From NCBI GenBank assembly GCA_017544725.1, contig JAFYDR010000001.1, forward strand, positions 1-63,745: a stretch of DNA of 63,745 nucleotides, written 5' to 3'. The notes beneath the pieces are model-generated. The model worked only from the letters and a program-made list of their open reading frames with translations. It ran no database searches and was not told the origin of the DNA. The DNA comes from Kiritimatiellia bacterium. GTDB taxonomy: Bacteria; Verrucomicrobiota; Kiritimatiellia; RFP12; UBA1067. Made by a program: the position numbers and the translations under genes. This document shows, piece by piece, positions 27,213-37,249 of the stretch (its first letter is position 1; each line of letters opens with the position of its first letter).

Positions 27213-27283
27213 ATCATCCCTTTGCCCTCGTCAACCTGCCCGCGTCCCCCTTGTGGGTGCGCGGGTGGCGAGTGGCGCGCTGG

Positions 27284-29698
27284 TCACTGCACCGGAACGA
27301 TACGGAGCGCACCTTTTGTCGGGCGTGTGATCACCTTGTAACCGCCCGGCGCATTCACACGGAGGCGTAGCTCGTCGCCCTTGCGTTCCCACGAGATCGT
27401 GAGCAACTGGTCACCGATGGGAATCGTCCCCGCGCACGAGGCGAGCGGCACATCCGCGAAGGACAGCTCCACCTGACGGTTCACCGTGTCGATCTTACGG
27501 ACGCCCAGCACGTCGCGGTAAAGCACACGTACCACGTGGCTGGCGAAACCGTGGCAGCAACTCGCCACCGTGGTGTCGTTCTCCCATAGCGTCCCGGTCT
27601 TTTCCGCCATGCCGTAGAAGTACCCCTTCGTCTCGTCGAGGATTTGTGCGGAGAGTCCGGCTGCGGAGAGGATCTCCAGACGTAGGTAATTTCCAATGAA
27701 GGCATTGGAGAAGCCGACCTTCTCCCACTTCTTCGTCTGCTTGCGCTTGGGACCGAAGTCGTCGCGCATCCGCGCCCACAGCTCGGGGTAGCGTTCGGGC
27801 GTTGCCGTGCCGAAGAAGAAGGCGTAGTACTGGCAAGTTTCCGTGCTTTCCGTATCCACCTTCAGCGAACCGTCGGGTTGCCGCAGGGCGCGATCCACGA
27901 AGAACGTGCCGTTCCAGGATTGCTTGCGGATTGTCTCGCGGACCTGTTCCGCCTCCTTCGCCAGTTCGGGCAACGAGTAGAGATGCGCCACGGCGTCCAG
28001 TACCTTCGCCCATGTCATGTTGGAGGGATAGTTCACATCCTGCACTAGACGGTTGCTGCGCGACCATTCCACGAAGACCCAGCGCGGCAGGCGTTCCAGC
28101 AGACCGTCGCTATTCTTGTAGCGTTTCAGGAAATCGACCAGCTTCAGGATGCGCGGACGGAAGGCGTCGATGAAGGCGCGGTCTCCCGTGCGCGCATAGA
28201 ACTCCTCCAGCTGGATGACGAACCACATTGCCCAGTTGGGAATGAAGTTGCCGTCGGGGAAGTCACTGGGGTAGCACATCGGCAACATGCCATCCGCCAC
28301 GCCGGGGAAGGAGTCGGGCTTCAGGAAGTTCTCCAGGAAAATCCGTTCCTCCTTGTCATTGCCGGTGAGGTCCATCGAGACACGCGCACTGAAGAAAGCG
28401 TCGCAGTTCCACCCGGCACGTTCGCGCGTCGGGCAGTCCATGAAGCCATCGACCGCGTTCTCGATGAAGGTCTGACGCGCTGCTTCGAAGATGCGGTTCA
28501 GTTGCGCGTCAGAGCAGGTGAAGGTTGCGCGATCCGTTTCGGGGTTGACGTACTCGCGCAGATAGAGGTTGTTGACAAGGCAGGTGCCGCCACGCACGAT
28601 CAACTTTCCGTAACGGAAGTTATACGGTTCGAAGGCATCCAGCCGATAGACGCCAGGCTCCGTCAGCCGCCATGCCACGACTGCGTCGCATCCGTAACGG
28701 CTGATGTTGATGTCGTCCTTCGACAGGATCTCGTCGAAGGCGAAATACACCGTTGCCGGTTGTTCGCACTGGATCGACAGACCGGGGAATCCCGCGTCGT
28801 TCACACCGAAGTCGAAGATCGCGAACTCATTGTCGCGCAGCGTGAGCGGCCATGCGGGCTTCGCACCGACGGCTTCGCGCGAGACCGTCGCCGTCCGCAG
28901 CACCTCGTAGCGCGGATTCCAAGCAAGCTCCTTCTCCTTGTAGCCGTCGCACCTCTCGCCATTCACGCAGGCTAGTCCGCGATCGGCGTGAACCGGAGCC
29001 TTTTCGTCGTAGCGCGACAGGCCGCGCGAGACAACCTCTGTGACGGGACGGATTGCAAACTTCGGCAGTGCAACGATGCGCGGCAACAACTGCAACTGTT
29101 TTTGGACAGCGAGTTTCGCCAGCGGCTCTGTACTCTTGTTGAGACGCCAGTCGTGCGCCTTCGTGCCGTGTTCGTAGGCTTCGGAGAAGGCGCGTTGATA
29201 GGAGAAACGCTGCACCTTCTGTACGCGGTAGGGAAGAACACGTGCGGCGAAGGCGTTGCCGCCTTCTGTTCCCGTGGCGGCGAGCACGCGTCCGTTCGCC
29301 ACTACCTCAGCTTGGAGGAACGAGGGTTGGCGGATGGTGTAGAAGCTGTTGCAGCAATAACCGGCGACCTCGATCGCCAGTACGTTCTTGCCCGGCTTGA
29401 TACGCGTGCCGAGCGGCCATTCATCGACACGGACGAATCCGTGCGGTCCGCGCGCTGGACCGTATGCGAAGAACTCCCCGTTCAGAAAGACACGGCACAT
29501 CGTCGCACCGGTGAAGCGAAGCACGGCATTCGCCGCATCCGCGCCGTCGAACTCGGTGGTGAACCCAACCTGCAAGTTCCATTCCTTCTCACGATTCTCC
29601 GGCCAGACCGGTTTGGCGGTATCGAACTTTGGCGCGGCCGTTTCCGCACACGCGAACCCGACAAAACAACAACAGACAAACAACCATCTCATCAACAT
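27284..29698 (-). CDS. Secreted six-hairpin glycoside hydrolase, alpha-L-rhamnosidase (GH78)-like
   Basis: MDCPTRERAGWNCDA resembles the GH78 DCPxRER-GW motif. Signal MLMRWLFVCCCFVGFACA. The ATG at 29698 follows ggagga. Confidence 0.72.
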   Translation of the reverse strand: MLMRWLFVCCCFVGFACAETAAPKFDTAKPVWPENREKEWNLQVGFTTEFDGADAANAVLRFTGATMCRVFLNGEFFAYGPARGPHGFVRVDEWPLGTRIKPGKNVLAIEVAGYCCNSFYTIRQPSFLQAEVVANGRVLAATGTEGGNAFAARVLPYRVQKVQRFSYQRAFSEAYEHGTKAHDWRLNKSTEPLAKLAVQKQLQLLPRIVALPKFAIRPVTEVVSRGLSRYDEKAPVHADRGLACVNGERCDGYKEKELAWNPRYEVLRTATVSREAVGAKPAWPLTLRDNEFAIFDFGVNDAGFPGLSIQCEQPATVYFAFDEILSKDDINISRYGCDAVVAWRLTEPGVYRLDAFEPYNFRYGKLIVRGGTCLVNNLYLREYVNPETDRATFTCSDAQLNRIFEAARQTFIENAVDGFMDCPTRERAGWNCDAFFSARVSMDLTGNDKEERIFLENFLKPDSFPGVADGMLPMCYPSDFPDGNFIPNWAMWFVIQLEEFYARTGDRAFIDAFRPRILKLVDFLKRYKNSDGLLERLPRWVFVEWSRSNRLVQDVNYPSNMTWAKVLDAVAHLYSLPELAKEAEQVRETIRKQSWNGTFFVDRALRQPDGSLKVDTESTETCQYYAFFFGTATPERYPELWARMRDDFGPKRKQTKKWEKVGFSNAFIGNYLRLEILSAAGLSAQILDETKGYFYGMAEKTGTLWENDTTVASCCHGFASHVVRVLYRDVLGVRKIDTVNRQVELSFADVPLASCAGTIPIGDQLLTISWERKGDELRLRVNAPGGYKVITRPTKGALRIVPVQ

Positions 29699-29852
29699 GA
29701 CATCCTCCCTTCTTTGCTTTCCAGTATACACGATACTCCCCGAAAAGCAAAGCAAATAGCTTTTTAGAGAGCTTTTAGCTGCTAGCTTTCAGCTGTTAGG
29801 GAGGGATAACATCACCGTTGACAGCAACAGGCGAAGGTTACGCCGCCTTTAA

Positions 29853-29947
29853 GAATGAAATGGTTAAATCGGGCTTCGCCCTTTAAATGAATCGAGCCGT
29901 CAATTTAAAGCCGCGTGCGGCGATTTAACCTTTTAACCATTTCATTC
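29853..29947. other. AT-rich four-way-junction-like structured element (candidate ncRNA or regulatory element)
   Basis: Outer 15-bp stem gaatgaaatggttaa (29853-29867) / ttaaccatttcattc (29933-29947). It encloses three hairpins: gggc-ttc-gccc (29871-29881), tttaaat..atttaaa (29882-29909) and gccgc-gt-gcggc (29910-29921). Confidence 0.4.
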
Positions 29948-29974
29948 GTTACTTCGAGCCGAACCCCTACTTAA

Positions 29975-30892
29975 TCACTTAGGGTCGGAGACTCGCTTGA
30001 CAGGAAAGAGGATCCAGCGCTTGTTGTACCAGAACCACTGTTCGGGTGTTTCACGGATGGCGGCATCGACTTGTGCCATCACGAGGTTCGTGATGCGTTC
30101 CGCCTCTTCCTCTTTCGGTTTCTCGGGATCGGGGTAGATGGTCGGCAACTGGACAAACGTGTGACGTGTCCAGCCTTCGCGTCGGAAAATCGCTGGCACG
30201 ATGGGGACTTTTGCACTGATTGCGAACATCGCCATGCCACGTCCAACATTTGCCGTACCGCCGAGGAAGGGGACGCTGAGATCGGGTGTCGGGACGCGGA
30301 CGTCAGGGAGAATCGCCAGTACGCCGCCCGAACGAAGTCGCCGCGAGATTTGAAGCATGGTGCCGCGCCCGCGTTCCAACACGGTCATGCCATGCTGCCG
30401 TTGACGGTTCATCCAGTCATTGATCAATCCATTGCGCTGGTGCGTTGCCACGCTGAACATTTGTACCCCGTAACGGCAACACGCCCATCCCGCCAAATCC
30501 CAGTTTCCCATGTGCGGAACGGTTAGGACAACGCCTTTGTGGCGATCGACCAATTCGTGTACGGAGGGAATCTTGTCCTTAAAACCGGGAATGTGACGAT
30601 CGACCCACGCCTGATCGATCCGAGCTGCGCGGAACATCTCGACAGCATTGAACATAGTATTACGTAGTGAGATCCAAGCTATCTGCTTCGCACGACGCGC
30701 AGTCGTCTTGTCACCGAAAACCAGTCGGATTCGCCGTAGCGTCTCCGTACGGCGGAAGCGAATGACATGAAACGCAACACGCGCGAGACACCAGGCAATA
30801 AACAACGCTACACGATACGGTAGGATGTTTAGGAATCCTCCGACAGCGCGTAATGCGATATACTCAACCCAATATTTGAACGGCACTTTCAT
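29975..30892 (-). CDS. Lipid A biosynthesis (Kdo)2-lipid IVA acyltransferase family protein
   Basis: HX4D motif PHMGNWDLAG. N-terminal MKVPFKYWVEYIALRAVGGFLNILPYRVALFIAW. The ATG at 30892 is chosen because the track extension to 31078 runs through a repeat. Confidence 0.8.
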   Translation of the reverse strand: MKVPFKYWVEYIALRAVGGFLNILPYRVALFIAWCLARVAFHVIRFRRTETLRRIRLVFGDKTTARRAKQIAWISLRNTMFNAVEMFRAARIDQAWVDRHIPGFKDKIPSVHELVDRHKGVVLTVPHMGNWDLAGWACCRYGVQMFSVATHQRNGLINDWMNRQRQHGMTVLERGRGTMLQISRRLRSGGVLAILPDVRVPTPDLSVPFLGGTANVGRGMAMFAISAKVPIVPAIFRREGWTRHTFVQLPTIYPDPEKPKEEEAERITNLVMAQVDAAIRETPEQWFWYNKRWILFPVKRVSDPK

Positions 30893-30996
30893 GTGAACAA
30901 AAACAACACTCCTCAGCCTTGCAAGAGAAATGCTATCATACCAAACACAAACCGAATCCGAAAGGTCAAATTTGATGGATGGGGTGCGTGGGGCGT

Positions 30997-31074
30997 AATG
31001 AAAAGAGAAAAATGAAGAATGAAGGAAGCGTGTCGCATGACGTTTGTCGCGAGTCATCGGTAGCTGTCGATGAC
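30997..31074 (-). repeat. Family-D interspersed repeat
   Basis: The reverse complement is about 85-90% identical by eye to 45398-45474 (atcgacagctaccgatgac..gcgacaaac..gcgacacgc..ccttcattcttcatttttctcttttcatt). Confidence 0.75.
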
Positions 31075-31181
31075 ACACGACATTCCGGCCTTCTTCTCAG
31101 CCTCTCAGCTTCTCAGCTTCCCCGCCTCTCGTCCCATTACATGACTCGATCCCGTTTGTTCTTTTCTTGCGTAGCGAGGTT

Positions 31182-31190
31182 TGTTATACT
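31182..31190 (+). promoter_or_regulatory. Extended -10 promoter element TGTTATACT
   Basis: TGnTATACT lies 26 nt upstream of the ATG at 31216. The same element occurs before the genes at 45597 and 52816. Confidence 0.4.
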
Positions 31191-31215
31191 GTTGCCATCT
31201 GTTTAGGGGTAGCCT

Positions 31216-34200
31216 ATGAAAAGACGATTTGCATGTATCAGGAGTGTCCTTTACGTTCTTTCACTTTTGTTTGGTATAGAGAACGTATTCGCGAAAAACA
31301 TTTCCCTTGATTTACGTCCGACAGGTACGGTGCGTCGTTTGAAAGCCGCTTCGCCCACCGGTGGAAGTGGGACTCTTCGATCGTTCGACCTCCATGCGGG
31401 ATCGGCGGATGTAGGCGCAGTGGCGGTCGGTGATGAACTGTCCTTCACGCTCTTTGATGATGTTTCGCTGACGCTGACGCTGAAGGAAAGAATGCAATCG
31501 CCCCTCGGCGGAGACGCGTTCCTTGCGGAGGCAACCGGGTTTGCAGGAATCAAGACGGCGGTTGTCTTGCGTACCGCCGACGGTTTGAGCATTGACGTAC
31601 AAGATATCCTGAACGACAAGGTGTATAAGGTTATCTCCACGCAGACCGGTGTGAAGGTTTCTGAAATCAAGCCCTCGCATGAGGGCAAGTGTGGTAACGA
31701 CGCGCTCGAACCGCCCGTTTCGGACGAGATACCAATCTCCAATGTCGCGCAATCCGCTCCGCGTCTCCAGTACGTCGCAGAACAAGGCGACACATGCGTG
31801 GATATCCTCGTCGCTTACGACAAGAATGCGGTGGCGTACGCCAATTCCAACGGTGGTGGTCTCACCAACTTCGCGTTGATGGCGGTGCAGAAGATCAATC
31901 TCGTGCTTGCCAACACAGGATTGGACGAGAATTTCCGTTTTCGTTTGGTGGGCGTGTGCGCGATTGATGTCTCGGCGACATCCGTGCATGATGCCCTGTA
32001 CGCGATCAATGACAATGAAGACGGTTGGAAGGATGTGAAAACCGTCCGTGAAACGGTTGGTGCCGACATTGTCACCACGCTAATCGATAACGGGTCTGCT
32101 TACGGTACGACAGGCGTAGGCTGGTCGCTGAAATCCAAATCATCGCTTACAACATTTGGATCGAGCGCGTTCAACGTCTGTGCCATCCGTGCCGTCGAAC
32201 AAGGAAACACGATGGCGCATGAGTGCGGACACAACCTTGGGGCGGGGCATAGCGACGTGCAGAGGACGCAGCCCGGACCGCAACTGTACGATTATTCTTC
32301 AGGATACTTCTTTACCGCCGGAGGCAGTGCGTATGGAACGATCATGGCATACGAGGGTGAGAATCCGAGCGGCGCACGAACAACGGAAGCTCCGTTTTTC
32401 TCCTCGCCGAATTATACCTACGAGGGTGTGGCAGTAGGTAACGCGACGCACGACAATTCGCGGACGATTGCCAATACGTTTTCGTATGCCGTCAATTGGC
32501 GGGCGCAGGTCGTTCCGATGTCCTACGGCATCACCTTCGAACCGGAATCCGGAGCACTGATCGACGGTTCGCTGGCCGTAACCCTCACACCGGGCAAGAC
32601 CGGCACGGCGATGCGCTACACGCTGGACGGTAGCGACCCGACGGCAGATTCGCCGCTTTACACCAAACCGATCACGCTCACCGGTAGGACGACCATCAAA
32701 GCTTCGACATTTGTCGATGGACAATGTTCCATTCCGTATGAGGCAACCTACTATTCAAAATCCGACTATGGGTATGCGCTTGGATTGTCTGAACTGACGT
32801 GGACGGCAAGCGGCGACTGGCGGGCTCAGGCAACGAACACGGTGGATGGTTTTGGGGTCGAGACCCCGAATGCTGCTGGCGCAGTTGCCCAGCTCTCGAC
32901 AACCCTGACGGGACCTTTGACGATGAGCTTCCAATACCTGCAGGATGGGTACTATAAAGCGGAAGTCCTGTGCGATGGCAATGCGGTCTGGTCGTCAACC
33001 GAATGGTCCGGCGACTGGGAAGAAGCTGCAGTGGAAATCCCCGCCGGTAGTCACACCGTGTCGTTCCACGTGGCCACGACATACAGCTCGGAATACTTCT
33101 TCGCGTTGGATGATGTTCGTCTCCATTCTGTCCGTACCCCGTCTCTTTCACCGGCGGCCACAGCGACATACATGTTTGAAAACGAGATGTTGGTGTCCAT
33201 CACTTCCGGGGAAGAGGGCGCGATGATTTACTACACGCTGGACGGGAGCGACCCCAACGGAGAAGATGCCTTACTGTATGACGGTCCTTTCTTTATCACC
33301 GACTCCACGCGAGTACGGGCGATCGCTTCGGTTCCTGGAAAGGGAGAAAGCGCGATCGCCGAGGGCTTGTATGTGGAACGCCATCTTCCTCGCGCGGGCG
33401 AATGGACATTGTGGGGCGAGGGCGCCTACGAGGAGGTCGCGAAATCTGGTCGCATGATCGCGGAACTCTACTGGAACTATCCGGGGTGCGGTTGGAGCAA
33501 GGCGCTGGAACCGGTCATGACAAGCGAGACCTTCACGACATGGGCTGCCGCGAATGGCGTCTTTCTTCTCGCTGATTCTTGGGGAGATAGGGCGGGGGCT
33601 TCCGGGGGAAAGTTCTGGTCGTTGTACAAACAAACGGATCTGTACTCGCAACAGGAAGGATGGGTGGCTTTCCCGACCTTTGTGTTCTCATCCGCAGCGG
33701 ATACGAGTGCCTGCCTTGGCGCGATGCTCGCCCGCAACGACTCCACCCACACGGTCAACGGTCTGTATTACCTCGGTACGCCGGAGTCTCTCATCAGCTG
33801 TTTTGCGTCATTCTTCGGTACCGCGCTACTCGGTGCGCCTGTCGCCTCCGTAACGGATGCAAGCGGCAAATCGTTCCCGTTCTCCGTGACACTCACCAAC
33901 ACAAACGGAACGGGGACGATCTACTACACGCTGGACGGTACGACGCCGACACGCGAGAGCGGAATCCGCTACACGGGAGTGATTTCCATACCCTCTTCTG
34001 GCACGATGCTCAAGGCGGTCGTGTGGCCGAGCGGTGCGAATGCGGTTTCGAGCATACCGCTTAATATCACCTACCAGTCGCTCGATGCGCTGATTGGAAT
34101 CGATGGCGTTACATGGGAAAATGATGCTTCTCTGCCGTGGACGATTTCTGCGACCTCCTCTGGTATTACGTTGTTCGGAGGAAAGGATTCCTCGTTAACA

Positions 34201-36816
34201 TCCGGCAGCGCAACTTCGATATTGACAGCTACTTTTGCTAAACCGGGGACATTCCACTTCACGCCTACGCTCGTGACCCGCGGACCGTCCAGCCTATCGT
34301 TGAATAACGGCGAGCCATTGTCGGAGTCAACCAATTGCGCCGTGACTGTAAGCGCGGGTACGAGGCTTACCTGGACTTACACCTACTCGTACAGAGACTC
34401 TCGTGCGACGTACTGCGCAAAATTGGATTCATTGCGTTGGGAACCTTCCTGTCCGCCGGATGCCGCGTCAGGTCTGACGGCATCGCAGGGAGAATACGAG
34501 TATGGTACGTTTCTCCGCTGGGTGGCATCTGCCGACGCGACATCATACGCTGTCTATCGAAACACGGAGAACAACTCCGACAGCGCGACGTTGATCGGCA
34601 CGACGGAGAAGTGCCAGTATTGGGATACGACGGGGAATGTCGGGGAAACCTGCTGGTATTGGGTGAAAGCCGTCAACGAATACGGAGAGGGCGAGTTCTC
34701 GGCGGCGGTGTCCGGATGGCGACCGGTCGTGTATGTTGTCACCTATGACGCGAACGGCGGAACAGGTAACGTGGCGGCACAATCGTGTCGGGACGGTGGC
34801 ACCTTGGTTGTCTCTGCCAACGGGTTCCAACTTGCGGGACACATCTTTGTTGGATGGGCGACACGCGCCAACGGTGCAGTGGTGTACCAGCCGGGTGATT
34901 CCATCACGGTCACGTCCAACATGACGTTCTTCGCCATCTGGGAAGTTCCGCCCTTCGACTTCGGCGGAGATGCCGAGTGGACGTACTTGGGTGACGGCGT
35001 GTGGCAGAGCGGTTCGATTGGTGACAATTGCGAGACGTGGATTCAGAAGACGATCTACGGAACAGGCAGGCTCTCCTTCGACTGGAAAGTATCATCGGAA
35101 ATGGGGTGCGATGAATTACAGTTCTTCTTGGATGGCAACAACCGATCACATATAAGTGGCGCGTCAACTTGGTCAACGAAGACGTTTGACATTTCCAAAA
35201 CAGGTTCCCACGTGGTGAAGTGGGTGTACACGAAAGACGGTGACGGTCGTGCCGGTTCCGACTGCGGATGGATCCGCAATGTCGTATGGGGAGGAGTCAT
35301 TACCGTGATATTCAACGCGAACGGAGGAAGTGGCGGAAAGTCTGTAACGCTCTCCCCTGGTGCCACCCTGACTGCACCGGCTGTGACGCGCACGGGTTAT
35401 ACATTCACCCGATGGTCTCCGGCGGTACCCGCGACCGCTCCCGAAAAGAATACCACCTACACGGCACAGTGGACGGCCAACCGGTACACGATCGTGTTCG
35501 ACGCGAACGGAGGCACGGGAACGATGGCAGATCTTCCGATGGTGTATGACATCGCGCAAAACCTGCCGAAAAACACCTTTGTAAAAGATGGTTGCAGATT
35601 CAAGGGATGGGCAACGAGTGCCGGTGGTAAAGTCGCCTACAAAGATGGAAAGAGCGTGATGAATCTGTCCGCGACGCAAGGTGCGGTGGTGACGTTCTTC
35701 GCCGTTTGGGCGGACGGTAGCACGCCAGACTACGCGTTGTATGATGATCCCGCCTATGGCGAACTGTCATCGACATACAAGGGCGGAACGTTCAACGGAT
35801 ATGCGCTGGATGGAGAGGGAGAGATTACGGGGACGTTTGCGTTGGCGGTGAAGAAACCCGCGAAGGGAAAGAATACGGCTGCCGCGACGTTGACCTTCGT
35901 CTCGCTCGCCAACGGCAAGAAGACGAAGATCAACGGCAATGTCAATCTCGCCACGGGCGAGGGGAGTGGCAGTCTTTCGGGATTGCTCATCAGCGCGAAC
36001 GCGGTTGGAGGCGAGGTCGCGAAGGTTGGTGCGCTGGATGGCGGTGCAGACGCGGCAAAGACAAAGAATGCGGCCGCGCTCGCTGTGCTGTCGAAATTCA
36101 GCGGTAAGAGTTACGTAGTTGCGCTCGGGCCGGAAGATTCCGATGCTTTCGCACAGGGCGGTTACTCAACGCTGGCGATTACGATGGCGGCGAAGGGCAA
36201 GGCAAAGGTCTCTGGCGTGTTGGCGGATGGTACGAAGGTGAGTGCGTCTGGTGTGATGACAGTGGGTGAGGAATTCTGCTGCGTCCCGGTCATCTACTCG
36301 AAGAAGAGCAAGCTCGGATTCGTAGCGTGGTTCGATAAGAATACGCGCGAATTGCTAGACGTGACGGCGCTGACGCCGTGGCGTAACACGGTGAAACCCG
36401 CCTTCACGATGACGTGGGAGGTGTTCGGACTCGGTGCGAAGAACAACGTAGCCGCCGGGAAACGGACGGTCGAGTTGGATGACGTGAAGTTGCTCGGTTT
36501 CGTGCCGGGCGCAATCGCGCAAACGCCCTTCGACATCCCGTTGTCGGTAAGCGGCACGAAGTGGGATGCGGGTAAGGCGGCGAAGGTTGCGTACAAGGGT
36601 GGAACCGTAACGGTGACGGGGACGAACATCTCCGGACTGAAGCTGACTTATACCGCGAAGACGGGACTGTTCAAAGGCGCATTTACCGTGTATGCTGTGA
36701 AGGGCGGCAAGTTGACAAAAAACAAGTTCAACGTGTTCGGTGCTGTCACGGGCGGTATTGGTTACGGCACCGCCGTCCTGAAAGGGAAGGGCAGTGTGGC
36801 GGTCGTTGTCGAGTGA
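31216..36816 (+). CDS. Giant secreted metzincin (reprolysin-like) with multiple carbohydrate/adhesion-type domains
   Basis: Signal MKRRFACIRSVLYVLSLLFGIENVFA. HExxHxxGxxH = MAHECGHNLGAGH (32212-32250). Repeated YTLDGSDP(T/N) modules. Three Listeria-Bacteroides-type repeats (VTYDANGGTG, VIFNANGGSG, IVFDANGGTG). Confidence 0.85.
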   Translation: MKRRFACIRSVLYVLSLLFGIENVFAKNISLDLRPTGTVRRLKAASPTGGSGTLRSFDLHAGSADVGAVAVGDELSFTLFDDVSLTLTLKERMQSPLGGDAFLAEATGFAGIKTAVVLRTADGLSIDVQDILNDKVYKVISTQTGVKVSEIKPSHEGKCGNDALEPPVSDEIPISNVAQSAPRLQYVAEQGDTCVDILVAYDKNAVAYANSNGGGLTNFALMAVQKINLVLANTGLDENFRFRLVGVCAIDVSATSVHDALYAINDNEDGWKDVKTVRETVGADIVTTLIDNGSAYGTTGVGWSLKSKSSLTTFGSSAFNVCAIRAVEQGNTMAHECGHNLGAGHSDVQRTQPGPQLYDYSSGYFFTAGGSAYGTIMAYEGENPSGARTTEAPFFSSPNYTYEGVAVGNATHDNSRTIANTFSYAVNWRAQVVPMSYGITFEPESGALIDGSLAVTLTPGKTGTAMRYTLDGSDPTADSPLYTKPITLTGRTTIKASTFVDGQCSIPYEATYYSKSDYGYALGLSELTWTASGDWRAQATNTVDGFGVETPNAAGAVAQLSTTLTGPLTMSFQYLQDGYYKAEVLCDGNAVWSSTEWSGDWEEAAVEIPAGSHTVSFHVATTYSSEYFFALDDVRLHSVRTPSLSPAATATYMFENEMLVSITSGEEGAMIYYTLDGSDPNGEDALLYDGPFFITDSTRVRAIASVPGKGESAIAEGLYVERHLPRAGEWTLWGEGAYEEVAKSGRMIAELYWNYPGCGWSKALEPVMTSETFTTWAAANGVFLLADSWGDRAGASGGKFWSLYKQTDLYSQQEGWVAFPTFVFSSAADTSACLGAMLARNDSTHTVNGLYYLGTPESLISCFASFFGTALLGAPVASVTDASGKSFPFSVTLTNTNGTGTIYYTLDGTTPTRESGIRYTGVISIPSSGTMLKAVVWPSGANAVSSIPLNITYQSLDALIGIDGVTWENDASLPWTISATSSGITLFGGKDSSLTSGSATSILTATFAKPGTFHFTPTLVTRGPSSLSLNNGEPLSESTNCAVTVSAGTRLTWTYTYSYRDSRATYCAKLDSLRWEPSCPPDAASGLTASQGEYEYGTFLRWVASADATSYAVYRNTENNSDSATLIGTTEKCQYWDTTGNVGETCWYWVKAVNEYGEGEFSAAVSGWRPVVYVVTYDANGGTGNVAAQSCRDGGTLVVSANGFQLAGHIFVGWATRANGAVVYQPGDSITVTSNMTFFAIWEVPPFDFGGDAEWTYLGDGVWQSGSIGDNCETWIQKTIYGTGRLSFDWKVSSEMGCDELQFFLDGNNRSHISGASTWSTKTFDISKTGSHVVKWVYTKDGDGRAGSDCGWIRNVVWGGVITVIFNANGGSGGKSVTLSPGATLTAPAVTRTGYTFTRWSPAVPATAPEKNTTYTAQWTANRYTIVFDANGGTGTMADLPMVYDIAQNLPKNTFVKDGCRFKGWATSAGGKVAYKDGKSVMNLSATQGAVVTFFAVWADGSTPDYALYDDPAYGELSSTYKGGTFNGYALDGEGEITGTFALAVKKPAKGKNTAAATLTFVSLANGKKTKINGNVNLATGEGSGSLSGLLISANAVGGEVAKVGALDGGADAAKTKNAAALAVLSKFSGKSYVVALGPEDSDAFAQGGYSTLAITMAAKGKAKVSGVLADGTKVSASGVMTVGEEFCCVPVIYSKKSKLGFVAWFDKNTRELLDVTALTPWRNTVKPAFTMTWEVFGLGAKNNVAAGKRTVELDDVKLLGFVPGAIAQTPFDIPLSVSGTKWDAGKAAKVAYKGGTVTVTGTNISGLKLTYTAKTGLFKGAFTVYAVKGGKLTKNKFNVFGAVTGGIGYGTAVLKGKGSVAVVVE

Positions 36817-36992
36817 ACTCGAACAGCACACGTCACGAATGACGGGGCAAGCCGCCAATGAAGAATGAAGAAATAAGAATGAAAAATGACAAATGGGGCG
36901 GCTAAACATCCGTCCCCATTGTCTCCGCATGTCATCCGAGAGCGGTCGATTGCCGTCGAACGCAATCGAGCGGTCGTGGGTGTTGTCGGCAC

Positions 36993-37214
36993 TTAACCGA
37001 CGCGTTCGACGACGATTTCAGGATCGACTGTTTGACGGAGGTTGTCTTCGATACCCTGTTTCAGCGTCATCATTGCGAACGGGCAACTGCCGCAGTGTCC
37101 GACGAGCTTGAGCTTGACTGTCTTGCCTTCAATCTCAACCAGTTCCAGATCGCCGCCGTCCGCCTGCAACATTCCGCGCAGTTTTTCCAATTCAACCTTG
37201 ATTTGCTCTTCCAT
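36993..37214 (-). CDS. NifU C-terminal-domain-like Fe-S assembly protein
   Basis: MEEQIKVELEKLRGMLQADGGDLELVEI.. and GHCGSCP (CxxC). The ATG at 37214 follows aaggag. Confidence 0.85.
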   Translation of the reverse strand: MEEQIKVELEKLRGMLQADGGDLELVEIEGKTVKLKLVGHCGSCPFAMMTLKQGIEDNLRQTVDPEIVVERVG

Positions 37215-37249
37215 GTCCGTTCTCCTTTTGCTTGTGATGACGGCTCGGC

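Noticed and set aside
29853-29947. tRNA or tRNA-like gene
   Set aside because: The shape is cloverleaf-like, but the closing stem is 15 bp and the arms have the wrong lengths. There is no T-loop GTTCRANNC or D-loop consensus. It is kept only as an unexplained structured element.
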